A stretch of 64,000 bases of DNA from Squalus acanthias (lineage: Eukaryota), in the NCBI GenBank assembly GCA_030390025.1, contig CM059432.1, positions 76,076,001 through 76,140,000 on the forward strand, read 5' to 3'. Of this stretch, positions 13,853 to 25,969 are shown piece by piece. Made by a program: the position numbers and the translations under genes. A model generated the notes under the pieces. It saw nothing but the letters and a program-made list of their open reading frames with translations, had not been told where the DNA came from and did not search any database. Positions within the stretch are counted from its first letter, which is position 1, and each line of letters begins with the position of its first letter.

Positions 13853-14550
13853 GGGGGATAAATTCCCCTCCTTTTCGCCCAGACACGGCACTGACCGCGC
13901 CTCCCACCAAATTCTGCGGGACGTTAGCGGCAGCGCTACCAGGTTGCAGCCCGATCTCATGCGCCCGGAAATCATGACATCATCTCCGGGTGCATCGCCC
14001 CGGTAGCGTCCCGGCAGAAAAATTCCCCGTCGCCCCTACAACAGCGCTGGGCGATGGCAGCGACTGCTGGAGAGGATGGGAGCAGGACGGACGGCCGCTA
14101 GCAGGGTGGAAGTTAAAGGTGACGTGGCCGGCCATCCTGAAAAAGATGTTGGATTTTTTGAAAATTGTTTTTTTTGCTCTGGACGTGAGGTCTGTGCCGT
14201 GATCGGTCAGCTCGGCACTCTGCTTGAGCTGATTGCACGGCACTCCCGCTCCTCGGTGTTGCAGGTAAGTTAAAAAAAACTGCAGGGTTCGCAGCGTGGG
14301 GCCCTTCCCTTTAATTCAGGGAAAAGCCCCTGCAATTCATCAGCGCCTGTACTATGCACCCCGGGTCACGAACTTCCCCCTCTCTTGCACTCCAAGAAGG
14401 AAGTGGAACGCCTGATTTAGCGCTCCACATCCCTCTTGGAGCAAAAAGTGGGAATTTTAGAAAGGCTGGAAGAGGTTAGCGCCTGGCGCTAACTTTTCCA
14501 GCTTTTCTGATTTAGTGCCCCAAACGGGGCTCGAGGGGTATTTCTAGTCC
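13853..14550 (-). mobile_element. Non-autonomous Harbinger derivative (MITE)
   Basis: Reverse complement of 14400-14550 resembles the left end of the 42224 Harbinger (GCCCCGTTTGGGG, TTAGCGCC.GGCGCTAA, GTGGAGCGCTAAATCAGGCG). Confidence 0.7.
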
Positions 14551-14619
14551 ATATACCCCTAAAACTGCTTTGTACCATTGTTAAGAAAACATGTAAGGAT
14601 GGACTAATAATAGTTAGAG

Positions 14620-16473
14620 TAAAATAGCGAGAGAAATAAAAACAGACTGTAAAAGCTTCTATAGGTATGTAAAAAGGAAAAGATTAGCTAAGAGTAAATG
14701 TGGGTCCCTTGCAGGAGAAATTATAATGGGGAATAAGGAAATGGCAGAGAAATTAAACAAATACTTTGTGACGTGTCTTTCTGGAAGAAGACGCAAAAAA
14801 CGTCCCAGAAATAGTGGAGAACCAAGGGTCTCTAGCGAGAATGAGGAACTGAAAGAAATTAGTATTAGTAAAAAAAGTTAGTAAAGCAATTAATGGGACT
14901 GAAAGCTGATAAATCCCCTGGGCCTGATGGCCTGATGGCCTTTGAAAGAGGTGGCTATACAGATAGTGGAAGAATTGGTGGTCATTTTCCAAAATTCCAT
15001 AGATTTTACAATGGTTCCCGTGGATTGGAAGGTAGCAAATGTAACCCCACTATTTAAGAAAGGAGGGAGAGAGAAATTGGGGAACTACAGACCAGTTAGC
15101 CTGACATCAGTTGTAGGGAAAATGCTAGAATCTATTATTAAGGACGTGGTAACAGGGCACTTAGAAAATAATAATAGGATTGGGCAGAGTCAACTCGGAT
15201 TTATGAAAGGGAAACATGTTTGACGAATCTGTTAGAGTTTTTTCAGGTTGTAACTAGCAGAATAGATAAGGGGGAACCGGTGGACGTGGTGTATTTGGAT
15301 TTTCAGAAGGCATTCGATAAGGTGCCACACAAGCGGTTATTAAACAAAATTAGGGCTCATGGGATTGGGGGCAATATACTAGCATGGATTGAGGATTGGT
15401 TAATGGACAGAAAATAGAGAGTAGGAATAAACGGGTCATTTTCAGGTTGGCAGGCTATAACTAGTGGGGTACCGCAAGGATCAGTGCTTGGGCTTCAGCT
15501 ATTCACAATCTATGTCAATGATTTGGATGAGGGGACCAAATGTAATATATCCAAGTTTGCTGATGATACAAAGCTGGGTGGGAATGTAAGTTGTGAGGAG
15601 GATGCTAAGAGGCTTCCAGGGGATATAGACAAGCTAAGTGAGTGGGCAAGAACATGGCAAATGGAATATAATGTGGAGAAATGTGAAGTTATCCACTTTG
15701 GTAGGAAAAATAGAAAAGCAGAGTATTTTTTAAATGGTGAGAGATTGGGAAATGTTGGTGTTCAGAGGGACCTGGGTGTCCTTGTACACGAATCACTGAA
15801 AGTTAACATGCAGGTACAGCAAGCAATTAGGAAAGCAAATGGTATGTTGGCCTTTATTACAAGAGGATTTGAGTAGAAGAGTAAAGGAGTCTTACTGCAA
15901 TTATAGAGGGCCCTGGTGAGACCACACCTGGAGTATTGTGTACAGTTTTGGTCTCCTTACCTAAGGAAGGATATACTTGCCATAGAGGAAGTGCAACGAA
16001 GGTTCACCAGACTGATTCCTGGGATGGGGGGATTGTCCTATGAGGACAGATTGAGTAGACTAGGCCTATATTCTCTGGAGTTTAGAAGAATGAGAGGGGA
16101 AACATACAAAATTCTTACAGGACTTGACAGGGTAGATGCAGGGAGGATGTTTCGCCTGGCTGGGGAGTCTAGAACCAGGGGTCACAGTCTCAGAATAAGG
16201 GGTTGGCCATTTAGGACTGAGATGAGGAGAAATTTGTTCACTCAGAGGGTGGTGAATCTTTGTAATTCTCTACCCCAGAGGGCTGTGGAAGCTCAGTCGT
16301 TGAGTATTCAAGACAGAGATCGATGGATTTTTGGATATTAAGGGAATCAAGGGATATGGGGATAGTGCAGGAAAGTGGAGTTGAGGTAGAAGATCAGCCA
16401 TGATCTTATTGAATGGCGGAGCAAGTTCGAGGAGCCAAATGGCCGACTCCTGCTCCTATTTCTTATGTTCTTA
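14620..16473 (+). mobile_element. 5'-truncated CR1 LINE
   Basis: RT ORF fragments 14942-16341; tail tttcttatgttctta. Confidence 0.9.
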
Positions 16474-17205
16474 TTTTGCAATGCATTTCCAATCAAAATC
16501 GATTGATAAGATTGTAAACGGTGCTATCCTGTCATTTGCCTTGGTATCGGGGAAATGCAAAATGGTGATTTTTCAACTGCAGCAACCGTAAGAGTTTTGT
16601 TTGTAATTGCTGCGCATTTGGTGGGCAAATAGCCTAACTCTGTGCAATTGTGAGTTCCTCGGCGGTGTGGATGATCTGTCAAGGTGCACCTTGACGGATC
16701 ACTGTTTCGGGATTCAGCGCATGTGCAAGCACATGCGGAAATCCCGAATTTGCGGTGTATTTCAAAGGCGATATGACGGTATACTCTCAGAGTACGCTGT
16801 CATATCCACTGCAAAATCCAGGCCAATATCTTTGGAAACAGTATATAAGTAATTTGAGACATGACATATAGTAAGTGTACCATGCTTGGGAGGAACAACA
16901 ACAACTTGCATTTCTATGATGCCTTTAACATAATAAAACGTTCATAGGAGCATTATCAAACAAAATTTGACATTGAGCCACATAAGGAAATATTAGGACA
17001 GGTGACCAAAAGCTTGGCCAAAGAGGTAGGTTTTAAGGAGCAATTTTAAGGAGGAGAGGTAGAGATGTGAAGAGGTTTAGGGAGGGAATGCCAGAGCTTA
17101 GGGCCTAGGCAGCTGAAGGCACGGTCGTCAACAGTGGAGAAATGAAAATCGGGGCTGCGGAAGAGGCCAGAATTGGAGGAGCACAAAGATCTTGGAGGGG
17201 TGTAG

Positions 17206-20166
17206 TGTAAGATTATAGTCTTTTTGCTTATTAAATTGCTTATTAATACTTGTTTGTATATATGTAGACAATCATAATTAGCTTACAAGGGTAGATGGGA
17301 AAATAATAGCTAACTTGACTAAATAAAGAACAAACATTTATCACACTACATATAACTGAACAATAGTGAATTGAAATATTGCAGCAGGACCTTGGAAAAG
17401 GACTGGGAACTGCTCAAGCGTAGCAGCTAGACTGATATGGTAGTAAAGCAGACAGGTAGGAAAGGGTCCTGCATGTCATCCAAGGTTCTTGGAATAGCTT
17501 AACTGCTGTGAAAAAAGTACAAAAAAAGGAAGGACTGCAGAAGGTCAGGTGACACGAGAGACCCTATGGAGAAAGAAAGGAAGGTTAAGTGTCAACCGGT
17601 GATAGGTCCAGGGAAGCTCCATAGGTTTGAATTCAAAGTAATAGTATAAGGGGTCTCTCAGGCACAAAGAGTATAACTGTATTCGACTGAGGGCTTGGGA
17701 CCATCCAATTGGGAATGGTAGCGTAGTGGTAATGTCACTGGGCTAATAATCCCAAGGCCTGGACTACTAATCCAGAAATTTGAGTTCAAATCCCACCCCA
17801 GCAGCTGGGGAATTTAAATTCAGTTAATTAAATAAATCTGGAATAAAAAGCTATTATCAGTAATGGTAACCATGAAACTATTGGATTGTCGTAAAAACCC
17901 AATTGGTTCAAATGTTTTTTAGGGAAGGAAACCTGCTGGTCTGGCCTATATGTGACTCCAGAACAACAGCAATGTGGTTGACTCTTAGTTGTATACACCG
18001 CTATGAAAAAGAATAATGAGAATGAAGACGGACACGGCAACGGCACACTGAGCCCAGTTGACCCTGCAAAGTCCTCCTCACCAACATCTGGGGACTTGTG
18101 CCAAAATTGGGAGATCTGTCCCAAGCAACAGCCTGACATAGTCATACTCACAGAATCATACCTTTCAGCCAATGTCACAAACTCCTCCATCACCATCCCT
18201 GGGTATGTCCTGTCCCACCCACCAGGGGTGGCAGCACAGTGGTATACAGTTGGGAAGGATTGGCCCTGGGAGCCCTCAACATTGACTCTGGACCCCATGA
18301 AGTTTCAGGGCAAGGAAACCTCCTGCTGATTACCACCTACCACCCTCGCTCAGCTGATGAATCAGTACTCCTCCACTTGCAAGGGCACAGAATGTACTCT
18401 GGGTGGGGGACTTCAATGTCCATCACCAAGAGTGGCTCGGTAGCACCACTACTGACTGAGCTGGCCGAGTCCTGAAGGATATAGCTGCCAGTCTGAGCCT
18501 GCGACAGGTGCTGAGAGAACCAACCCTCCATCGTGTTGTGTGGCACTACCACTGCGCTAAATGGGATAGATCTAGCAGCTCAAAACTGGGCATCCATGAA
18601 CCGATGTGGGGCAGCAGCAGATTTGTATTCCACCACAATCTGTAACCTCATGGCCCAGCATATCCCTCACTCTATCATTACCATCAAGCCAGGGGACCAA
18701 CCCTGGTTCAATAAAGAGTAGAAGAGCATGCCAGGAGCTGCACCAGACGTACCTAAAAATGAGGTGCCAACCTGGGGAAGCTGCAACACAGGACTACATG
18801 CATGCTAAAAAGGGGAAGCATGCTATAGACAGCTAAGCGATCCCACAATCAACGGATCAGATCAAAGTTCTGCAGTCCTGCCACATCCAGTTGTGAATGG
18901 TGGTGGACCATTAAACAACTAACAGGAGGAGGAGGCTCCATGAATATCCCCATCCTCAATGATGGTGGAGCGCAGCACGTGGGTGCAAAAGACAAGGTGG
19001 AAGCGTTTGCAACCATCTTCAGCCAGAAGTGCTGAGTGGATGATCCATATCGGCCTAGTCCTGAGGTCCCCACCATCACAGAAGCCAGTCTTCAGCCAAT
19101 TCGATTCACTCCATGTGATATACAGCAAAGGCCCTGACAACATCCTGACTATCGTGCTGGTGACTTGTGCTCCAGAACTAGCCGCGCCTCTAGCCAAGCT
19201 GTTCCAGTACAACTACAACACTGGCATCTATCCGACAATGTGGAAAACTGCCCAGGTATGTCCTGTCCACAAAAAGCAGGACAAATCCAACCCAGCAAAT
19301 TACTGCCCCATCAGTCTACTCTCAATCATCAGCAAAGTGATGGAAGGTGTCATCGACAGTGCTATCAAGCGGCACCTGCTCACTGATGCCCAGTTTGGGT
19401 TCCGCCAAGACCACTCGGCTCCCAACCTCATTACAGCCTTAGTCCAAACATGGACAAAGGAGCTGAATTCCAGAGGTGAGGTGAGAGTGACTGCCCTTGA
19501 CATCAAAGCAGCATTTGACCGAGTGTGGCATCAAGGAGCCCTAGTAAAACTGAAGTCAATGGGAATCGGGGGGAAAACTCTCCACTGGCTGGCGCATGGG
19601 AACACCACCATCTCCAAGTTCCCTTCCAAATCACACACCATCCTGACTTAGAAGTATATCGCCGATCCTTCATCGTCGCTGGGTCAAAATCCTGGAACTC
19701 CTGACCTAACAGCATTGTGGGAGTACCTTCACCATAGGGACTGCAGCGATTCAAGAAGGCAGCTCACCACCACCTCCTCAAGGGCAATTAAGGATGGGCA
19801 ATAAATGCTGGCCTTGCCAGCGACGCCCATATCCCATAAAAAACGAATAATAAAAAAAATCAGATATGCCAAGGAAGGATGGGCTGGTGGAGGAACCACA
19901 CGTGTCACACCGACTGGACGAAGGAGCCTGGAGGCACAGGCCAGCTGGGGGGTGGACTCATGGAGATCGCGGCCTTTCTACCCAGGGCATAACAGATAAT
20001 ATAACTCTTGATTACACCTTGTTTAACTACTGCTCAGCTACTGTAATGTATCAAGTCTCGCTTACACTGAATAAAATATAATCACTGTCGCCAACACAGG
20101 TCAAGTCGAATCTTTTGGAACTGAAGAGTGAAAGGGTTAATTGGCCAGAACCCCGAAACTCTAACT
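17206..20166 (+). mobile_element. Probable solo LTR (~0.8 kb), itself interrupted by a LINE at ~17715-19860
   Basis: Starts TGTAAG, ends CTCTAACT (degenerate CA); imperfect 4-bp TSD GTAG/TTAG; TATAA near 17673; AATAAA near 20070. Confidence 0.5.
17715..19860 (+). mobile_element. Second, internally deleted copy of the tRNA-headed LINE
   Basis: A box TAGCGTAGTGG 17719-17729, B box GAGTTCAAATCC 17782-17793; EN/RT fragments collinear with 10528-13800. Confidence 0.85.
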
Positions 20167-22007
20167 TTAGGGCTGGAGGAGGTTACAGAGATAGGGAGCG
20201 GTGAGGCCATAGAGGGATTTGAAAACAAGGACAAGAATCTTGAAATCGAGATGTTGTCGAACTGGGAGCCAATGTAGGTCAGTGAGCACAGGGGTGATGG
20301 GTGAACGGGACTTGGTACGAGTTAGGATAGCGGAGCAGAGTTTTGGATGAGCTCAAGTTTATGGAGGGTGCAAGATGGTGTAAGAAAATAAGCATGTGCT
20401 GAATAAACTGCTGTGACTGTGAGCTGTGAAGGCTGCAAGCTGTTAATCAGATAAGGAAGCGACAGACCCTGAGCAGATTGCTTTTGCTGAAATATGATTG
20501 GGTACTCATTTTTTTTTAAATGTAATTATGGAGCAAATTTAAGGTTAAGAAGCAATATTTAGCAAAATGTAGTTGAAAATAGCCAAATAGAAGGAATAAA
20601 CTAAGGCAGACATAACCAATGGTTTATTTTCCATTGGTGAATCAGCAATGATGTGAAGAGGAAACAGGCATCCTGTAGACATCACTTGCCTATGGTTTGC
20701 ACATAACTAAGCTGCACTCTAGCAGATAATAGAAAATGCACTGGTGTTGGAAAGATAAAACCTGAATTTTGCTATTTCAGAAACATTTTTGGTTCCATAG
20801 CAATAGATGCCTATTGTGTGAATCAAGTGCGACATAGTTTTCTCTGGTTGCTTGTGCAAGCTCACTTCCAAAATGTGGTTTGGAGTAACAATGGTGGAGG
20901 TCCGGGAACAGCTAGTTTTCTCTTAAAAATCATCAATAAAAAGATAAATAAATTAGTTCATTTATGGTCATTAAGATTTTAAATATACATAATTTCACCC
21001 AATTTACCACAAGGTGGCTTAAATTACTGGCAGCACATGGAAATGCAGATGATACTGGAGTCACTGACCATCATTGATTATCAAACATTTCTGAATATTT
21101 ATAGCAAACATGTCTTAATAACCTGAAAGGAATAGCTACCTCTAATGTTGCTAAATGCTATGTTTATTGGGCTAGGTACCTGCTATTGTGCGAAGGGCTC
21201 ACACAGCACAGCAAAATAAAAGAGCCACTTCCTCTAAGGTTACAAAACAATGAATAAATAAATGGACTGTTAAAATTAGTTTTAGTTTCCACGAGCAAAG
21301 GCAGGAAAGAATTTGCCAGGCTTTCTGCACCAGATTGCTTTCTAACGGAACTTTCTTGCAAATGAACATGTGGACATTGGATGAAGACAAGATTCTGCTC
21401 TGCTGTCATTTATCCCAGCCCAACAATTCAATTAAAGTGCAACATACCTGACATGGATGCGTGAACTGAATGCCAGAGGAGAGATGAGAGTAGGTGCCAT
21501 CAAGGCAGTATTCGACCGAGTATTGCACCAAGGCCATATTGAAGTCAATGGAGGTTAAAGAGAAGGCCCTGCAGTGACTGGATTCATACCTGACGTAAAA
21601 GAAGATGGTTGCAGTTGCCAGAGGCTAGTCGTCACAGCCTGTACATCAATGTAGGAGTTCATCAGGGAAATGTCCATGGCCAACCATCTTCAGCTGTTTC
21701 ATCAATAATTTTTCTTCTGTCATAAGATCAGGTGTGGGTCTGTTCACTGATGATTCTACAGTGTTCAGCTCCATTCACAATCCCTCTTATAATGAAGCAG
21801 TCCATGTCAGCCTCCAAGCTAGGGTTGACAAGTGGTGGGTAACATTCACACTCCAAAAATGCCAGTTGATGACTATCTTGAACAAGAGAAAACCTAGCCA
21901 TCTCCTCTTAACCTTCAAAGGCACCACCATCGCTGAGTTCCCCACCATCAACACCTTGGGGGTCACCTGGACAAGAAGCTGAACTGGACCAGCTATATAA
22001 ACACTAT

Positions 22008-22609
22008 GGGGGCTAAATTCGGTTCATTTGAGCCTCCCGTTAGCGCCCTAGGGCATTAATGGGGCGCAAATCAACTAGCGCCTGGGCGCGGCGCCGCTAA
22101 CGCCTCCCGCCGTGCGCAGCGCCCTGCTCGCCCCCCGGCTGTAATATTGGGTGGCACCCCCCGACTTACCGCCAGACACTATGTCCGCTGGGGTCAGGGG
22201 GGCCTACCTGCGGCCGGGACGGCGCTCGGGGAGGTGGCGGGCGGCCATTTTTGTTGCTGGCCGCCTGCCAGGACCTGCCCCTGTTGCTGTACCCGGCCCC
22301 TGTGAAGCCCCCCCGTGGGGTGCCGGCTGCTCTCCGTGAGCCCGGCACTCCTCTTGAGTGCCGGGCTCATTTGCCAGCACTCACGATCCCTGGTGGCCCA
22401 GCTAGGCGCCGGGACGCGCTGCGCCAGGCCCCTCCCCTTTAATAAGGGGAGGAAGGCCTGCTGTACCGCAGTGCGACGTGCCGCAGCGCCACGTAGTACC
22501 GCGATATTGGCTCGCAGCACCCCAAGAGGGACGCTCCTCCCTCTCGGGGCGCTACCTGGGAAAATCGGCCACGGGGGCGCTAACTTTTTCGGGGCGCTAA
22601 AATTAGCCC
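22008..22609. mobile_element. GC-rich Harbinger-related MITE
   Basis: Ends GGGGGCTAAATT...AATTAGCCC; left end resembles the reverse complement of the 46386 end of the large Harbinger (GCCTCCCGTTAGCGCC). Confidence 0.75.
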
Positions 22610-22827
22610 TGTGTGTACAAAAGCAGGGCAAAGACTGGGTACTCTGCGATGAATGGCTTACCTCCTGTCCCCTCAAAGCCTCTCTGCCATCTGCAAGGCT
22701 TAAGTCAGGAGCGTGATGAAATACTCACCAATCACCTGGATGGGTACAGCTGTAACATAAGAACGTAAGAATTAGGAGCTGGAGTAGGCCATACGGCCCA
22801 TCGAGCCTGCTCCACCATTCAATAAGG

Positions 22828-24780
22828 TCATAGAGTCATACGGCACAGAAGGAGACCATTTGGCCCATCGAGTCTGTGCCGGCTCTCTGTAGAGCAATCC
22901 AGTCAGTCCCATTCCCCTGCTCTATCACCATAGCCCTGCACGTTTATTTCCCTCAAGTGTCTATCTAGTCTCCCCTTGAAAACATAGAAACATAGAAACT
23001 AGGAGCAGGAGTAGGCCATTCGGCCCATCGAGCCTGCTCCACCATTCAATACATCATGGCTGATCATCCAAATGCAGTACCCTGTCCCTGCTTTCTCACA
23101 CAGAATCCCCATCGAGCCTGCACCAACACATATCCCACCCTATCCCCGTAACCCCACGTATATTAATTCCCCCTAACATATCCCATCCTATCCCCGTAAC
23201 CCCACATATTTAATCCCCCCCTAACACTAAGGGTCAATTTATCATAGCCAAATCAACCTAACCCGCACATTTTTGGACTGTGGGAGGAAACCGGAGCACC
23301 CGGAGGAAACCCACGCAGACACGGGGAGAATGTGCAAACTCCACACAGACAGTCACCCGAGGCCAGATTCGAACCCGGGTCCCTGGCGCTGTGAGGCACC
23401 AGTGCTAACCACTATGCCACATTGTGTGTCTCCGCTTCCACCACTTCCGTCGGCAGCGAATTCCAGGTCCTCACCACTCGCTGCGTAAAAATTTTTTTCC
23501 TCACATCCCCCCTGTATGTCTTGCCCAAAACCTTAAATCTGTGTCCCCTAGTCCTTGTACCATCAACTAGTGGGAACAGCCTTTCCCCATCTAGCCTATC
23601 CAAACCCATCATAATCTTGTACACCTCTATCAAATCACCCCTCAACCTTCTTTGCTCTAATGAAAACAAATCCAGCTTCTCCAACCTATCCTTGTAGCTA
23701 AGATCCCCCATCCCCGGAACCATTCTGGTAAATCTCCTCTGCACCCTCTCAAGGGCCTTCACATCCTTCCTAAAGTGTGGTGACCAGAACTGGACGCAAT
23801 ACTCCAGTTGTGGCCTAACCAGCGCTTTATAAAGCTTCAACATAACTTATCTACTTTTGTACTCAATACCTCTATTTATGAAGCCCAAGATCCCATATGC
23901 TTTGCTAACCACTCTCTTAATATGTCCTGCCACCTTCAGGGACCTATGCACATTAACTCCCAGGTCCCTCTGTCCCTGCACACTCTTTAAAACTGTGCCA
24001 TTAAGTGTATATTGCCTCTCCCTGTTCCTTCTGCCAAAATGCATCACCTCACACTTCTCTGTATTAAATTCCATCTGCCACTTGTCTGCCCATTCTGCTA
24101 GCCTTTCTACATCTTGTTGCAGTCGATTGGTATCATCCTCACTGTTTGCCACACCCCCAAGTTTGGTGTCATCTGCAAATTTAGAAATTCTACTCTGTAT
24201 TCCAATGTCCAGGTCATTTATATATATCAAAAAAAGCAGTGGCCCCAGCACTGACCCTTGGGGAACACCACTGTCTACCGTCCTCCAGTCTGAAAAACAG
24301 CCATTTACCACAACCTGCTGTTTTCTGTCCTTAAGCCAATTCCTTATCCAAGCTGCCACTGACCCACCTATTCCATGAGCCTCAATTTTGTTAACCAGCC
24401 TTCTATGTGGTACTTTGTCAAACGCCTTCTGAAAATCCATGTAGACAACATCCATTGCATTCCCTTCATCAATCCTCTCTGTTACTTCATCAAAAAATTC
24501 AATTAGATTAGTCAAACACGATCTGCCTTTTACAAATCCGTGTTGGCTCTCCTTAATTAGCTTAAACCTCTCCAAGTGCACTTTAATTTTTTCCTTGATT
24601 ATTGTTTCTAAAACTTTACCCACCACTGTTGTTAAACTGACCAGCCTGTAGTTACTAGGATTGTCCTTACACCCTTTCTTGAACAATGGTGTAACATTTG
24701 CCACTTTCCAATCCTCAGACACCTCCCCCACATCTGGGGAAGATTGGAAAATTATGGCAAGCCCTTCCACTATCTCTTTA
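22828..24780 (-). mobile_element. CR1 LINE (5'-truncated) inserted into another CR1
   Basis: ORFs 23847-24770 and 23412-23843 are RT; approximate TSD ATAAG(G/A)TCAT on both sides. Confidence 0.9.
22980..23420 (-). mobile_element. HE1-like V-SINE (tRNA head, V core, CR1-derived tail)
   Basis: Minus strand has A/B boxes (TGGCATAGTGG, GGTTCGAATC) and the V-core GTGTGGAGTTTGCACATTCTCCCCGTGTCTGCGTGGGTTTCCTCCGGGTGCTCCGG, then a CR1 tail (TTTCTATG)n. Confidence 0.85.
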
Positions 24781-24872
24781 CATGGAATGTGAAAATTACA
24801 AAACTACCTACAAAGAGAATGGTTGAATTCGGCAGTACCATTACTGTCTCCTTTGATTAGTATTTCTAAACC

Positions 24873-25465
24873 ATAAGATCATGGCTGATTCGACCTCAAC
24901 TCCACTTTCCCATATGATCCCCATATCCATTGATTCCCCATGAGTCCAAAAATCTATCTATCTCAGCCTTGAATATACTCAACGACTCAGCATCCACAGC
25001 CCTTTCGGGTAGAGAATTCCAAAGATTCACAACCCTCCGAGTGAAGAAATTCCTCCACATCTCAGTCTTAAATGGCCGACCCCTTATCCTGAGACTATGC
25101 CCCCTATTTCTAGAAACTCCAGCCAGGGGAAACAACCTCTCAGCATCTACCCTGTCAATCCACCTCATAATCTTATATGTTTCAATGAGATCACCTCTCA
25201 TTCTTCTAAACTCGAGAGAGTGTAGGCCCAGTCTACTCAACCTCTCCTCATAGAACAACCCTCTCATCCCAGGGATCAATCTACTGAACCTTTGTTGCAC
25301 CATATTTGTAAGCCATATATGTCCTTTCTCAGATAAGGAGACCAAAACTGTGCACAATATTCCAGGTGTGGTCTCACCAAAGCCCTGTACAATTATAGTA
25401 AGACATCCCTACTTCTGTCCTCCAACCCCCTTGCAATAAAGGCCAACATGCCATTTGCCTTCCTA
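24873..25465 (-). mobile_element. CR1 LINE 3' fragment; its tail lies at 22756-22827
   Basis: ORF 24896-25357 is the CR1 RT C-terminus. Confidence 0.85.
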
Positions 25466-25969
25466 AAATACTCAAGAACCTCAACAACATTCAGGACAGC
25501 AGTTTGCTTGATCAATGGCACTGCCAGTGGACTCAATTTTCAGATCCTCCTATCTGGCACACAGTATTTAAGATTTGCAGGATGCACTGCAGCAACTCAT
25601 CAAGGTTACTTTAACAGCATCTCCCTCCACTGTGACCTCTATCACCGAGATGAACAATAATAGCAATGTTGTAGGAACACCATCAATTCCAATTTCCTCA
25701 CCAAGTCAGACACCATCCTGACTTAGACATATATTGCCATTCCATCATTGTTGGTTGGTCAATATCCTGGAATTCTCTACTGAACAAATTGTGGGAGCAT
25801 CATCATCACAATGACTGCAGAAGTTCAAGGAGAAAGGCCACCATCTTAGAGCAACTACGCATGGGCAATAAATGCAGCCTTGCCACATCCTGAGAACAAA
25901 TTTAAAAAAAGAAAGGGTTTGCCAAATATTTTTTCAGAAAGGTGGAACGTGAATATTACAAAACTACCT

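Larger units (their letters stand above)
16895..20380 (-). mobile_element. L2-type LINE 3' fragment in two pieces (16895-17205 and 20167-20380), split by a solo LTR
   Basis: (AAC)n tail and L2-like 3' end; sequence reads through GGAGGGGTGTAG|...|GGCTGGAGGAGGTTACAG once the insert is removed. Confidence 0.6.
21400..25910 (+). mobile_element. Old, fragmented copy of the same LINE group hosting nested insertions (pieces ~21400-22007, 22610-22755, 25465-25910)
   Basis: Degenerate RT (GLFTDD) and a 3' end similar to the other copies, interrupted by a MITE, CR1s and a SINE. Confidence 0.65.

Noticed and set aside
17715..17800. tRNA gene
   Set aside because: Only A/B boxes of a repeat head, with no clear cloverleaf; the PBS matches are 18-22 nt only
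22151..22716. Cluster of GC-rich ORFs or a CpG-island promoter
   Set aside because: Explained by a GC-rich MITE; no protein motifs
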